A stretch of DNA of 60,075 nucleotides, counting the filler. It is 3 parts of 3 records of this genome, joined end to end, with 100 filler letters (N's around TTAATTAATTAA, not from the genome) between each part and the next. Parts side by side here need not be neighbours in the genome. Positions count along the whole stretch, not along the records: positions 28,371 to 52,106 come from DRR723986_3132; 2 more parts are not named here. One strand, written 5' to 3'. Shown piece by piece: positions 39,144-49,085 of the stretch. Under the pieces are notes generated by a model. That model did not search any database. It was given only the letters and a program-made list of their open reading frames with translations, and was not told the DNA's origin. Numbering within the stretch: position 1 is the stretch's first letter; each line of letters starts with the position of its first letter. Made by a program: the position numbers and the translations under genes.

Positions 39144-39838
39144 ATAAAAATGCGAATGGATTTACGCTGCTTGAGGTTCTGATTGCACTGGGCATTGTGT
39201 CGGTCATTTCGATTTTGTCCTGGCAGGGTTTGCAAGAGGTGCTGCGCTCAGCCAACCGGGTGACCGAAGTAGACGAACAAATTCAAACCGTGTCGGCCGT
39301 GTTGTCTCAATTCGAGAAAGATCTCGGCGCCCTGGAGTTGTCGCTGGATGCACCCACCCCGGAAAGCGATTTGATTGAGGTAACTGGCAATGGACTGCTA
39401 ATTCAGTTCACCCAGCGCAACACCAGTGAACCTGCTTACCGGGAGCGTGTGGAATGGGTTCTGGATGGTACCAACCTGCTTCGAATCGCTCGACGCCAGC
39501 CCAACCCGGAGCAACCGTCGATCAGCGCTCCAATTGCAACCCTCGGCATGCAAGTCCGCCTGTTGCGAGAACCCGGCGGTTGGACTAGCCCGGTGACATT
39601 TGGCAGCCAAGCCCTGCAGGAACGTACCGATCTTGAATTGCAAGGGCCCGCACTGCAATTGAATAGCGGTGCACCGGCACAGCGCCCCCCGGAAGGCGCC
39701 GAAGGTGACACTCCCGGAACACCCGAAACTCCCGAGGGACAACCAGTGCAAAGCTTGGTGCGGGCGGTCGAGATCAGCCTGACGCAACCCAACAATCAGG
39801 CAGTGACCCGGGTGTTTTTGACCGGAGGGATCTACTGA
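39140..39838 (+). CDS. gspJ: T2SS minor pseudopilin J
   Basis: G|FTLLEVLIA...SWQGL; position after gspI. Confidence 0.88.
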   Translation: MNKNANGFTLLEVLIALGIVSVISILSWQGLQEVLRSANRVTEVDEQIQTVSAVLSQFEKDLGALELSLDAPTPESDLIEVTGNGLLIQFTQRNTSEPAYRERVEWVLDGTNLLRIARRQPNPEQPSISAPIATLGMQVRLLREPGGWTSPVTFGSQALQERTDLELQGPALQLNSGAPAQRPPEGAEGDTPGTPETPEGQPVQSLVRAVEISLTQPNNQAVTRVFLTGGIY

Positions 39839-40785
39839 TGCGAATTCATCCGGACGGACAACAGGGCGCAGCCGTGGTCATGGCGCTGTTCATTGTGGTG
39901 CTGTGTACGCTGGCAGTGAGCCCCTTGATCTGGAACCTGTTTGCCACCGCAAAAACTATTTCGGTTGCCGCAGCACGCGACCAGGCCGATGCGGTTAGCC
40001 GCAGCGGTGTGGACTGGGCCCGGGTTATTTTGCGCGAAGATGCCCGGGTGTCGACCACCGATACGTTGACAGAACCATGGGCCGTGCCTCTGGCGGAAAG
40101 CCGCATCAACGAGGGCTTGATGCGCAAAGAGGAAAATGCCACCGACGTCGATGACCGTGAAGTGGTGTTGACCGGACGCATTGAAGACGCACAGGGGCGA
40201 TTCAACCTGCGCAATCTGGGTGCTGACAACCCGCGTCAGCAAGTTTGGCTGGCTGGTTTCACCAAACTGAGCGATCTGCTGAGTGTACCTGCGGATCAAC
40301 GCAATTTACTGGTACAAACCTTGAGCACCATGTTCATGCCGAAGCTGGTCAATCCGGAGGAACAAGGCATTGATCCAAATGCACCACGCTTCGAGCCCGC
40401 CTTGCGGTGGGAGGAATTTCGTGGGAAATACGGTATCACCGAGGACACCTGGAACCAGTTGCGCCCTTACGTGGCCATATTACCTAAAGCAAGTGCGGTG
40501 AACGCGAACACTGCATCTGCCGAAGTGCTTTATGCAGTAGTAGAGGAAATGAGTTTCAGCGATGCGCAACGCCTGCTGGCCCAACGTGAAAGGGTCACTT
40601 TCCGCAACGTGGCGGATATTCGGACCGCCCTGAATGCAAATGTGACCATAAACAATGATTTAATAACTGTAAGCAGCAATTACTTCCTGGTAGAAGGCAC
40701 TGCACAGGTCGAGGAGGCGTTGATTCGAACCCGGGCATTGCTCGAGCGACGTGACCAGCGCGTGTATGTGATGTGGAGACAATAA
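39838..40785 (+). CDS. gspK: T2SS minor pseudopilin K
   Basis: QQG|AAVVMAL, EPWAVPL, IEDAQGRFNL and VNANTA motifs. Confidence 0.93.
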   Translation: MRIHPDGQQGAAVVMALFIVVLCTLAVSPLIWNLFATAKTISVAAARDQADAVSRSGVDWARVILREDARVSTTDTLTEPWAVPLAESRINEGLMRKEENATDVDDREVVLTGRIEDAQGRFNLRNLGADNPRQQVWLAGFTKLSDLLSVPADQRNLLVQTLSTMFMPKLVNPEEQGIDPNAPRFEPALRWEEFRGKYGITEDTWNQLRPYVAILPKASAVNANTASAEVLYAVVEEMSFSDAQRLLAQRERVTFRNVADIRTALNANVTINNDLITVSSNYFLVEGTAQVEEALIRTRALLERRDQRVYVMWRQ

Positions 40786-42039
40786 TTGAATAACAACCAA
40801 CCCTTGTTGGTGATTTGGTGGCCAAAGGCCTTGGACCAAACCCGTGCGGAAGAAGAAGGCCGCATGATTCGGCTGCGCTATGAAGTGCTTGCCCGAAGCG
40901 GCGACAAACTGCACGGCGGCGAGGAGGCCCTGAACAAGCTACCCAAAGACTTGCCTTGCCTGGTGTTGGTGAACCCGAGTGAAGTGGGCCTGTTTGCGGT
41001 GGTACCGCCCAAGTTGACAGGCAACAAACTGAAGGAGGCGCTGCCTTTTCTGGTCGAGCCTTACCTGTTGAACGAGCCCGAAGAAAACCACGTAAGCCTG
41101 TGGCCCAACCTGCCCAATCATGCAGGCGGCGCAAAACTGGCTGCGGTACTTGGCAAAACCCGAGCACGCAGCATTGTGAGTAGTTGCGCCCAACAAGGGT
41201 TGAAGCTGGCAGGCCTGAGCTGTGAAACCATGCGGGAACGCACTGGCAGTGAAGGGGCTGCCTGGGTCAGCGGGCAGGATTTTATGTTGATCGATGGAAT
41301 CGACACGCCTTTGTTGACACCCACTGCTCAGGCTGCTGTGTTGAAGGTCATGCTACAACGCAGATTGCAACAAGTCGGCTCGCCAGTCATTGAATTGAAC
41401 AACACAGACTATGCCTGGTTAAGCAGCCAGTTGGATGGTGCGATGGGCGAGAATAAAATTCGAGCCAGTGCACGTGCGCCCATCGAGCCTTTGCCAAAAC
41501 TGCTTAACAAAAGCCTGCTTAACGCAGACGAACTGCGAAAAATGGGTATGCGACCCATGGCGAACCAGGCCGGCTTGCGCAAGCTGCTGACCCCTGCGTT
41601 GGCCTTATTGGCAGTTGCGGTGCTGGGTCTGAATGCATTGGCCTTTAAAATCGACAACGCCAATGCTGCGATTGAGGCTCAAATTGCCGAGAGTTACGCT
41701 CAAGCTTTGCCCAACACGCCCATGGTGGCCGACCCCCTGTTATTGATTGAACGGGAAAAGCGCAACCTGAATGCCGGGCTGGACACCAGCAACGCCCAGG
41801 GTGCAAGTGCCCTGCTTCACGAGGTGGGATTGGCCATGGAACAGGCACCTTTTAACAGCATGGTTGACTTTGCGTGGGCCGAGAACACACTGAGTGTGCG
41901 GTTCAATGCCAATGTGTCTGAAGACCAGCAAGGTGCCGCCCTGCAAAAGCTCAAAGCCCGAAGACTGGATGCGAAGTGGCTGATTGGTGCGCAATCCAAC
42001 TTGCCTGTTTTGCAGGTCAAGAAAGGAGCGGCGCGATGA
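40786..42039 (+). CDS. gspL: T2SS inner-membrane platform protein L
   Basis: ALPFLVE cytoplasmic domain, single TM, periplasmic DP motif; synteny. Confidence 0.85.
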   Translation: MNNNQPLLVIWWPKALDQTRAEEEGRMIRLRYEVLARSGDKLHGGEEALNKLPKDLPCLVLVNPSEVGLFAVVPPKLTGNKLKEALPFLVEPYLLNEPEENHVSLWPNLPNHAGGAKLAAVLGKTRARSIVSSCAQQGLKLAGLSCETMRERTGSEGAAWVSGQDFMLIDGIDTPLLTPTAQAAVLKVMLQRRLQQVGSPVIELNNTDYAWLSSQLDGAMGENKIRASARAPIEPLPKLLNKSLLNADELRKMGMRPMANQAGLRKLLTPALALLAVAVLGLNALAFKIDNANAAIEAQIAESYAQALPNTPMVADPLLLIEREKRNLNAGLDTSNAQGASALLHEVGLAMEQAPFNSMVDFAWAENTLSVRFNANVSEDQQGAALQKLKARRLDAKWLIGAQSNLPVLQVKKGAAR

Positions 42040-42563
42040 AACCCAATGATTTGCTAAACAAGGCACAAGCCCAACTGGACCAGCTCAACAGCAGGGAGCG
42101 AAAACTGGTGACCTATGGCGGCGCCTTGGCCGCTGCGCTGATTGCCTGGTTTGTGTTGATTGAACCTGCACTTCTGACGATACAACAAGGCCCCGCCAAC
42201 CAGGCTGCGCTGGTGGACAAAGCGGGTCAGGTGATGCGGGCTGCGCAGGATCTGGAAGCCCTGCGAGGTGCGCGATCCCGAGTCGTGGTGCCTGAAAGCG
42301 ACTTGCAGGCCCGCCTTCAGCAACTGCTCGACGAACAGGGCATTGCCGAGCAAGCCTCTCTTGCACGCACGGAAGAAGGCGACATCCGCGTGGAATTCAA
42401 CGGCGTATCAGCCAGTGGTTTTCTGGCCTGGCTGGCACGTGCCGAGGCCATTTCCAGCCTCAGTTTGAACCTGGCTGAAGTTGAGAAAGTGGAAGCTGGT
42501 GTACTGAAAGGTTATGTCACTTTGCTGCCAGGCAATCAGGGCAACACAGGCTCGCCTCAATGA
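42036..42563 (+). CDS. gspM: T2SS protein M
   Basis: RERK + TM + EPA; ATGA overlap with gspL; AGGAG RBS. Confidence 0.85.
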   Translation: MKPNDLLNKAQAQLDQLNSRERKLVTYGGALAAALIAWFVLIEPALLTIQQGPANQAALVDKAGQVMRAAQDLEALRGARSRVVVPESDLQARLQQLLDEQGIAEQASLARTEEGDIRVEFNGVSASGFLAWLARAEAISSLSLNLAEVEKVEAGVLKGYVTLLPGNQGNTGSPQ

Positions 42564-43291
42564 AACGTTTGCGTGGGTTGTGGCCGTTTGCCCTTATTGC
42601 GCTGGCTGTGCTGGTGTGGAATTACCCGGTGTATGCGGTGTCTGGCCGCATTGAATCCGCCAGCGAGGGCAAGGTCCGGGTATTAAGCAGCAACGGCTCG
42701 GTGTGGTCGGGGCAAATGCAGCTGGGCCTGTCCGATGGCGCGCGGGTATTTGCCATACCAGAGGCACTGGCCTGGCGGCTTAAGCTGGGCGGCGAGGCCG
42801 GCTGGCTGGCCATTGAAGTCACGCACCCAAAATTCGTGCAGCCTTTGCATCTGGGATTCACTGGCACAGGTATTAGTGTCAGTGGTGGCGAACTTCGAAT
42901 GCCTGCGGCCTGGCTGGGTGCAACCGGTGCGCCATTCAATACCATTCGACCCGAAGGCCTGTTGCAGTTAAGCTGGCGTGGATGGGAAAGCGGCGAGGAC
43001 CTGAATGCCACGCTGAAATGGCTGGATGCACAATCGGCGCTGGCCAGCATTCGACCCTTGGGCGAATATGTCATCACCGTGACAGGAAATCCTGATACAA
43101 GAATAGACATGACACTGGCGACCAACAAAGGTCCCCTGATGCTGGAGGGAAACGGTCAGTGGACAAACGGACAACGATTTGTATTCAATGGGTATGCCAG
43201 TGCACAGGAACGCAGCAAGGATGCGTTGACCGGCTTGCTCAGCCAGATGGGACGACTTGAAGGCGATCGCTATCGCTTGGGTGTATTTTGA
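42560..43291 (+). CDS. gspN: T2SS protein N
   Basis: GSVWSG, GAPFNT, RPLG.Y and GPL.L.G.G motifs. Confidence 0.87.
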   Translation: MKRLRGLWPFALIALAVLVWNYPVYAVSGRIESASEGKVRVLSSNGSVWSGQMQLGLSDGARVFAIPEALAWRLKLGGEAGWLAIEVTHPKFVQPLHLGFTGTGISVSGGELRMPAAWLGATGAPFNTIRPEGLLQLSWRGWESGEDLNATLKWLDAQSALASIRPLGEYVITVTGNPDTRIDMTLATNKGPLMLEGNGQWTNGQRFVFNGYASAQERSKDALTGLLSQMGRLEGDRYRLGVF

Positions 43292-45678
43292 TGAAAGAAG
43301 CAAAAATAAAAGGAACAGTGAGCTTGAACACTGCACGCATGGGACAAATGAAACGCTCGCTCTTGAGCATCGCGCTGGCCTCAATGGGCTTGGGATTGGG
43401 GGTTGCGGGCCATGCACAAAACCTGAATCTTCAAAGCACCGCCAGGGTCCAAAATAGCCAGGAAGACAAGTTTGCATTGAACTTTGTCAATGCAGACATT
43501 GATGCCGTGGTGCGCGCAATTGGCTCGTTTACCAATCAGACATTCGTGGTGGACCCACGTGTGCGGGGCACCATTTCACTGGTGTCGCCTGAGCCCCTGA
43601 GTGCAGCGGACGCCAAGAATGCATTGCTGGCAGCATTGCGCCTGCAGGGTTTTACGATTGTGGAAAGCGGTGGCATTGCACGCGTATTGCCTGAAAACGA
43701 TGCCAAAGTGCAGGCCGACAGTGTGGACCCTCGCAGGGCCATGAATCAAAGCGGCAATGCAATTGTGACCCAGGTGTTTCAGCTCAACTATGAATCGGCC
43801 ACTGCACTGGTGCCAGTACTGCGCCCTTTGATTGCACCGAACAACACCATTGCCGCCTACCCCAACAACAACACGCTGGTGATTACCGATTACGCGGACA
43901 ACCTGCAGCGAATTGCCCGCATCATTGCGAGCATTGATGGCCCGTATTCTGGCGATCTGGAAGTGGTGCCTCTTGAACATGCATTGGCCGTGGATTTGGC
44001 TGCCATTCTGGGACGCATGCTGGATGAGGGCAACCGGGGTACGGGTGCCGCGGTGGATGCAGGCCAACGGTTGTCCGTGATGGCCGATCCGCGCACCAAC
44101 TCGCTGTTGTTGCGCACACCCAGCAAAGCTCGTTTGAACCTGGCAAAGGCATTGATCGCCAAGCTGGATCAACCCACCAAGCAGCCCGGCAATGTGTGGG
44201 TGGTGTACCTGAAAAATGCAGAAGCCGCCAAGCTGGCCAAAACACTGCAGGCGGTGCTGAGCAGCAGCCCGATTTCCGACAACAACCTCTCCTCGGGTTT
44301 GAGCTCACTCTCTGGTGGCGGCCTTGCGGGTGGTTTGGGCGACACCTCCAACACCAACAACAGCACACGCAACATTACCAATGGCAGCGCTGGCCTGGGT
44401 TCAAGCAGCCTGGGCTCGTCGCTGGGTGGTGGGACCTCGAGCGGGCAATTGAGCGCAGCTTCCGGCAACGTAGACCTGAACAATGGCGGTATTGTTCAGG
44501 CCGATCCGTCCACCAATTCACTGATCATTACCGCCCCTGAACCCATCTACCGCAACCTGCGCTCCATTATTGAGAAGCTGGATGTGCGTCGTGCGCAGGT
44601 GTTTGTGGAATCCCTCATTGTTGAGGTGTCCACCGACAAAGCCGCTGAGTTTGGGATTCAGTTTCAAGGCTTGTCAGGCGTTGGGGCAGACGGTGTGCGG
44701 GTGATCGGTGGCACCAACTTCAACGACCCAGGCTCTGGCAGCAATATTCTGGGTGTAGCCACCAACCTGGGTTCGGTGGGCCGTGGCCTGAACATCGGTG
44801 TGATTGACGGGCAAGTGAATATTCCCGGGATTGGTACTATTTCCAACCTTGGCTTTTTGGCCCGGGCACTGGAAAGCAAGGCAAATGCAAACATTCTTTC
44901 AACACCGAATATTCTGACGCTGGACAATGAAGAAGCCAAAATCGTGATTGGCCAAAACGTACCTTTCATTACCGGGCAGTTCACCAACAGCGGTGGCAAC
45001 GGGGCAACGGTCAACCCGTTCCAGACCATTGAGCGACAGGATGTGGGTTTGACCTTGCGTGTTAAGCCACAGGTGTCTGAAGGCGGCATTGTGAAACTGG
45101 GCATTTTCCAGGAAGTCAGCTCGGTGGTCGACAGCACCAACGTGTCGGGCATTATTACCAACAAGCGTTCAATTGAAAGCAATGTGCTGGTTGAGACCGG
45201 CAACATCATTGTGCTGGGTGGTTTGGTGGAAGACCGTGTCACCGGCAACGAAGAAAAGGTACCCGGCCTTGGCGATGTACCTGTGCTAGGGCAGTTTTTC
45301 CGCTATGACAACCGCCGTCGCCAGAAAACCAATTTGATGGTGTTTTTGCGACCAGTGGTGGTACGCAATGAAGACCAGGCCCAAAGCATTGTGACCAATC
45401 GTTATGACTATATGCGCCAATTGCAACAGGAAAACCAACCGGAGAAACGATTTGGCCTGCCCAACATGGAAGCACCCGTATTGCCAAGCCGCCGCCCGGC
45501 CGATGTTGCACGACCCAATGCGGTGGCGCCAGCCCAAGGCAATGCTGATTCAATCAACCTCACACCGAGCAACCGGATTCTGGTCATACCACGCGCTGGT
45601 GAAAGCACCGGCAGTTCCGATGTAGGCCCGAATGGCGGGCGCATGATTCGTGGCCGAACCCCAGGAAGTACGCCCTGA
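43291..45678 (+). CDS. gspD: T2SS secretin
   Basis: LNFVNADI, VDPRVRG, RRAQVFVE, STPNILTLDNEEA, KVPGLGDVP and KTNLMVFLRP motifs. Confidence 0.97.
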   Translation: MKEAKIKGTVSLNTARMGQMKRSLLSIALASMGLGLGVAGHAQNLNLQSTARVQNSQEDKFALNFVNADIDAVVRAIGSFTNQTFVVDPRVRGTISLVSPEPLSAADAKNALLAALRLQGFTIVESGGIARVLPENDAKVQADSVDPRRAMNQSGNAIVTQVFQLNYESATALVPVLRPLIAPNNTIAAYPNNNTLVITDYADNLQRIARIIASIDGPYSGDLEVVPLEHALAVDLAAILGRMLDEGNRGTGAAVDAGQRLSVMADPRTNSLLLRTPSKARLNLAKALIAKLDQPTKQPGNVWVVYLKNAEAAKLAKTLQAVLSSSPISDNNLSSGLSSLSGGGLAGGLGDTSNTNNSTRNITNGSAGLGSSSLGSSLGGGTSSGQLSAASGNVDLNNGGIVQADPSTNSLIITAPEPIYRNLRSIIEKLDVRRAQVFVESLIVEVSTDKAAEFGIQFQGLSGVGADGVRVIGGTNFNDPGSGSNILGVATNLGSVGRGLNIGVIDGQVNIPGIGTISNLGFLARALESKANANILSTPNILTLDNEEAKIVIGQNVPFITGQFTNSGGNGATVNPFQTIERQDVGLTLRVKPQVSEGGIVKLGIFQEVSSVVDSTNVSGIITNKRSIESNVLVETGNIIVLGGLVEDRVTGNEEKVPGLGDVPVLGQFFRYDNRRRQKTNLMVFLRPVVVRNEDQAQSIVTNRYDYMRQLQQENQPEKRFGLPNMEAPVLPSRRPADVARPNAVAPAQGNADSINLTPSNRILVIPRAGESTGSSDVGPNGGRMIRGRTPGSTP

Positions 45679-47138
45679 TGGAACTGCGTTTTAATCCTCA
45701 AACTGTTGGCCGTTTGCACTACGGTTTTGCAAGGCAAAACCAGGTGCTGTGCCTGGATGCACAGAGCGAATTGTGGCGTTTGGCTTTCAGCCCGCGCACC
45801 CCCAGCCACGCGCTGATTGAGGCGCAGCGTGTAGCACCCTGCCCCATCGACTGGGTATTTTGTGAAGATGCGGTCGTGCTGGAAAAAACCATCAACCAGG
45901 CCTATTCAAACCAGGAAACCAGTGCTGCCGCAGTCGCTGATGAAGTGGCAGGTGACCTGGACCTGGACCAGTTGATGCAAGACATTCCCGCCGTGGAAGA
46001 CCTGCTGGAAACTGAAGACGATGCGCCGATTATTCGAATGATCAATGCCTTGCTGACTCAAGCAAGCCGGGATGGTGCGTCGGATATTCACATCGAGGCC
46101 TTTGAGACCCACTCTGCCGTACGATTCCGGGTAGACGGCACACTGCGCGACATATTGCAACCCCGTCGTGAACTGCACTCGGCACTGATCTCACGCATCA
46201 AGATCATGGCCAGCCTGGACATTGCCGAAAAACGTTTGCCTCAAGACGGCCGCATTACCTTGCGCATTGGGGGCAAACCCATGGATGTGCGTGTTTCAAC
46301 CTTGCCCACAGGCCATGGAGAACGGGCCGTGCTGCGTTTGCTGGACAAGGAAGCGGGCCGGCTTGAGCTGAGCCGCCTGGGTATGCCGGAGCACACCCTG
46401 AAAGAAATGGACCGGCTGTGCAACATGCCTCACGGCATCATTTTGGTGACGGGCCCGACCGGCTCGGGCAAAACCACCACGCTGTATGCCGCGTTGTCGC
46501 GCATTGATTCATCAACTACCAATGTGATGACCGTGGAAGACCCGGTGGAATACGATTTGCCTGGTATCAGCCAAACCCCGGTGAATGCAAAAATCGACAT
46601 GACTTTTGCCAAGGCCTTGCGCGCCATTTTGCGCCAAGACCCGGATGTGATCATGATTGGTGAAATCCGCGACCTTGAAACTGCACAAATTGCGGTGCAA
46701 GCGTCGCTGACGGGCCACTTGGTGTTGGCCACCCTGCACACCAACGACTCCGTGAGCGCAGTAACTCGCCTCGTGGACATGGGCGTCGAGCCATTCTTGC
46801 TGTCCTCCAGCCTCTTGGGTGTTTTGGCCCAGCGCCTGGTGCGACGCCTTTGTCCCCACTGCAAAACGAGCACAGTAGATGAGCACGGCGACACACATTG
46901 GCATGCCAATGGCTGCGACCAGTGCGGTCACACCGGTTACATTGGCCGAACAGGCGTATACGAGCTGTTCACGATTGACGATGAATTGCGCACCATGGTG
47001 CACAACGAAAACTCGGAAGCCGAAATGCGTCAGCGTGCACAGGCCAAAGGCATGAAGAACATGCGGGAAGATGGGCAACGATGGGTGGACAGCGGCACTA
47101 CCACCCTGGAAGAACTGCTTCGAGTCACCAGAGACTGA
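45678..47138 (+). CDS. gspE: T2SS ATPase
   Basis: ASDIHIE, GPTGSGKTT Walker A, LRQDPDVIMIGEIRD and CPHC/CDQC motifs. Confidence 0.97.
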   Translation: MELRFNPQTVGRLHYGFARQNQVLCLDAQSELWRLAFSPRTPSHALIEAQRVAPCPIDWVFCEDAVVLEKTINQAYSNQETSAAAVADEVAGDLDLDQLMQDIPAVEDLLETEDDAPIIRMINALLTQASRDGASDIHIEAFETHSAVRFRVDGTLRDILQPRRELHSALISRIKIMASLDIAEKRLPQDGRITLRIGGKPMDVRVSTLPTGHGERAVLRLLDKEAGRLELSRLGMPEHTLKEMDRLCNMPHGIILVTGPTGSGKTTTLYAALSRIDSSTTNVMTVEDPVEYDLPGISQTPVNAKIDMTFAKALRAILRQDPDVIMIGEIRDLETAQIAVQASLTGHLVLATLHTNDSVSAVTRLVDMGVEPFLLSSSLLGVLAQRLVRRLCPHCKTSTVDEHGDTHWHANGCDQCGHTGYIGRTGVYELFTIDDELRTMVHNENSEAEMRQRAQAKGMKNMREDGQRWVDSGTTTLEELLRVTRD

Positions 47139-47156
47139 GCGAGAGACTAGGCAAAT

Positions 47157-48371
47157 ATGGCGGTTTTTCGATATGAGGCATTGAACGCCCAAGGCAAAAC
47201 GGTGAAAGGCTCGATGGAGGCCGATTCCCCGCGAGCCGCACGCAACCAGATGCGCATGCAAGGCATGACACCCATTGAGGTGCTTGAAGTTGGCAGCGCG
47301 AAAATGACCGGCAGAAAGGCTGGGCGCTTTGACCGGGAGCTGAGCAACCGTGAAGTGGTGCTGTTGACACGGCAATTGGCAAGCCTTCTGCAAGCGCGCC
47401 TGGCGCTGGCACAGGCGTTGGCTGCATTGGTTGAACAGGCAGAAAAACCCCTGATTCGCGAGCGTATCAACAGTATTCGTTCCGAAGTGGTTTCAGGCAC
47501 GCCGCTGAGCCAGGCGCTTGCACAGTACCCCAAAGCTTTCCCTGAAATGTATGTGGCCACTGTGGCCGCGGGTGAAAATACTGGCGACTTGGGTGGCGTG
47601 CTGTCGAAGCTGGCCGATGCGTTGGAAGCCCGCCAGGCCTTGCAACAAAAAGTGAGTGCTGCATTCATTTACCCCGCCATTGTTACCGTGGTGGCGTTGA
47701 TGGTGGTGATCGGCTTGTTGACCTATGTGGTCCCGCAAGTGGTCTCAGTGTTTGAAAGCAACAACCAGGCGCTGCCCACACTCACGGTGGTGATGATTGC
47801 CTTGTCAGACCTGCTTCGCGACTGGGGTTGGTTAATGGCTTTGGCGCTGGCGGCGGCAATTTACCTGTTTCGCAATGCGCTGAAGAACAAAGCCTTCAAG
47901 TTGAAATTCGATGAGTTTGTGTTGACCATTCCGGTCGTGGGTCCCTTCATTCGTGCGGTGAACACCGCACGTTTGGCCTCCACACTGTCGATATTGGTGG
48001 GCAGCGGTGTTCCGATTTTGAAAGCCTTGGCCGCCGCAAACCGCACCTTGGGTAACAGTGCCTTGCAACTGGCCATGGTTGATGTTCAGGAACGCGTGAA
48101 AGAAGGCAGCGGATTGAGCAAAGCCATGGGAAAAAGTGGTTTGTTTCCGCCGGTGCTGACTCATCTTGTGGCCAGCGGCGAAGCCACAGGGCAACTGGCA
48201 GCCATGCTGGAACGTGCCTCGGAAAGCCAGCGCACCGAAGTTGAACGCAAGGCCATGTGGCTCACCAGCTTGATGGAGCCCATTCTTATTTTGGTGATGG
48301 GCCTGATTGTGTTATTGATTGTACTGGCGGTGATGATGCCGATTATTGAAGTCAACCAACTGATCCAATGA
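47157..48371 (+). CDS. gspF: T2SS inner-membrane protein F
   Basis: F.Y.A, TRQLASL, AGENTG, YP, SGE.TG.L..ML and EP motifs; three TMs. Confidence 0.96.
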   Translation: MAVFRYEALNAQGKTVKGSMEADSPRAARNQMRMQGMTPIEVLEVGSAKMTGRKAGRFDRELSNREVVLLTRQLASLLQARLALAQALAALVEQAEKPLIRERINSIRSEVVSGTPLSQALAQYPKAFPEMYVATVAAGENTGDLGGVLSKLADALEARQALQQKVSAAFIYPAIVTVVALMVVIGLLTYVVPQVVSVFESNNQALPTLTVVMIALSDLLRDWGWLMALALAAAIYLFRNALKNKAFKLKFDEFVLTIPVVGPFIRAVNTARLASTLSILVGSGVPILKALAAANRTLGNSALQLAMVDVQERVKEGSGLSKAMGKSGLFPPVLTHLVASGEATGQLAAMLERASESQRTEVERKAMWLTSLMEPILILVMGLIVLLIVLAVMMPIIEVNQLIQ

Positions 48372-49081
48372 ACATACAAAGCAGAAAAGAGATTGGGCAA
48401 GACACCATCCGCGTCATGCTGGTAGACGACGACGAGCGTATTCAGCAAGCGCTTCGACTGGCCATAGAGACCCACCCTGAATTGAACCTGGTTGGACAGG
48501 CGTACACGCTGAAAGAGGCCATCGCCGTGGTTGAGGAGTTACAACCCGAAGTGGTGCTGGTTGACCTGGGCCTGCCAGATGGCAGTGGATTGGAGCTGAT
48601 TGCCCACATTCACCAGCACATGCCGGGCTGCGAGAGTATGGTATTGACTGTGTTTGGTGATGAATCGCACGTCATTTCAAGCATCGAGGCCGGGGCTACA
48701 GGCTACTTGACCAAGGACACACGCACCGCCGATATTCTGGATCGATTGAAACAATTGCGTGCAGGCGGCTCACCCATCAGCCCGGTGATCGCAAGACGAC
48801 TGCTGAACCGGTTTCGCGGAGTGGCAACGCCCGATCAACTCCCAACCAGCAAAACTGCGATGAACCAGGAGTTCACGCCTTTGTCAGAACGGGAACAGCA
48901 AGTGTTGGAAATGGTGGCCAAAGGATTCATGCAAGCTGAAATTGCAGACATTCTGGGAGTGTCCATCAACACCATCAGTACCTACATCAAACGCATTTAC
49001 AAAAAACTTGCGGTGAATTCCCGCACCAGCGCAGTTCACCGCGCCAATGCCTTGGGATTGATTAATTTAAAAGACTGCTAA
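48368..49081 (+). CDS. NarL/LuxR-family response regulator
   Basis: REC (VDDD, DLGLPDGSG) plus LuxR HTH (LSERE...IYKKL); ATGA overlap with gspF. Confidence 0.93.
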   Translation: MNIQSRKEIGQDTIRVMLVDDDERIQQALRLAIETHPELNLVGQAYTLKEAIAVVEELQPEVVLVDLGLPDGSGLELIAHIHQHMPGCESMVLTVFGDESHVISSIEAGATGYLTKDTRTADILDRLKQLRAGGSPISPVIARRLLNRFRGVATPDQLPTSKTAMNQEFTPLSEREQQVLEMVAKGFMQAEIADILGVSINTISTYIKRIYKKLAVNSRTSAVHRANALGLINLKDC

Positions 49082-49085
49082 AACA

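Noticed and set aside
44260..44490. Ser/Gly/Asn-rich insertion in GspD
   Set aside because: A low-complexity N3-domain loop is a known, common feature of T2SS secretins.
37023..48371. No gspO or gspS, and a PDZ-less divergent gspC
   Set aside because: Ordinary for betaproteobacterial T2SS clusters; the prepilin peptidase is usually shared and encoded elsewhere.
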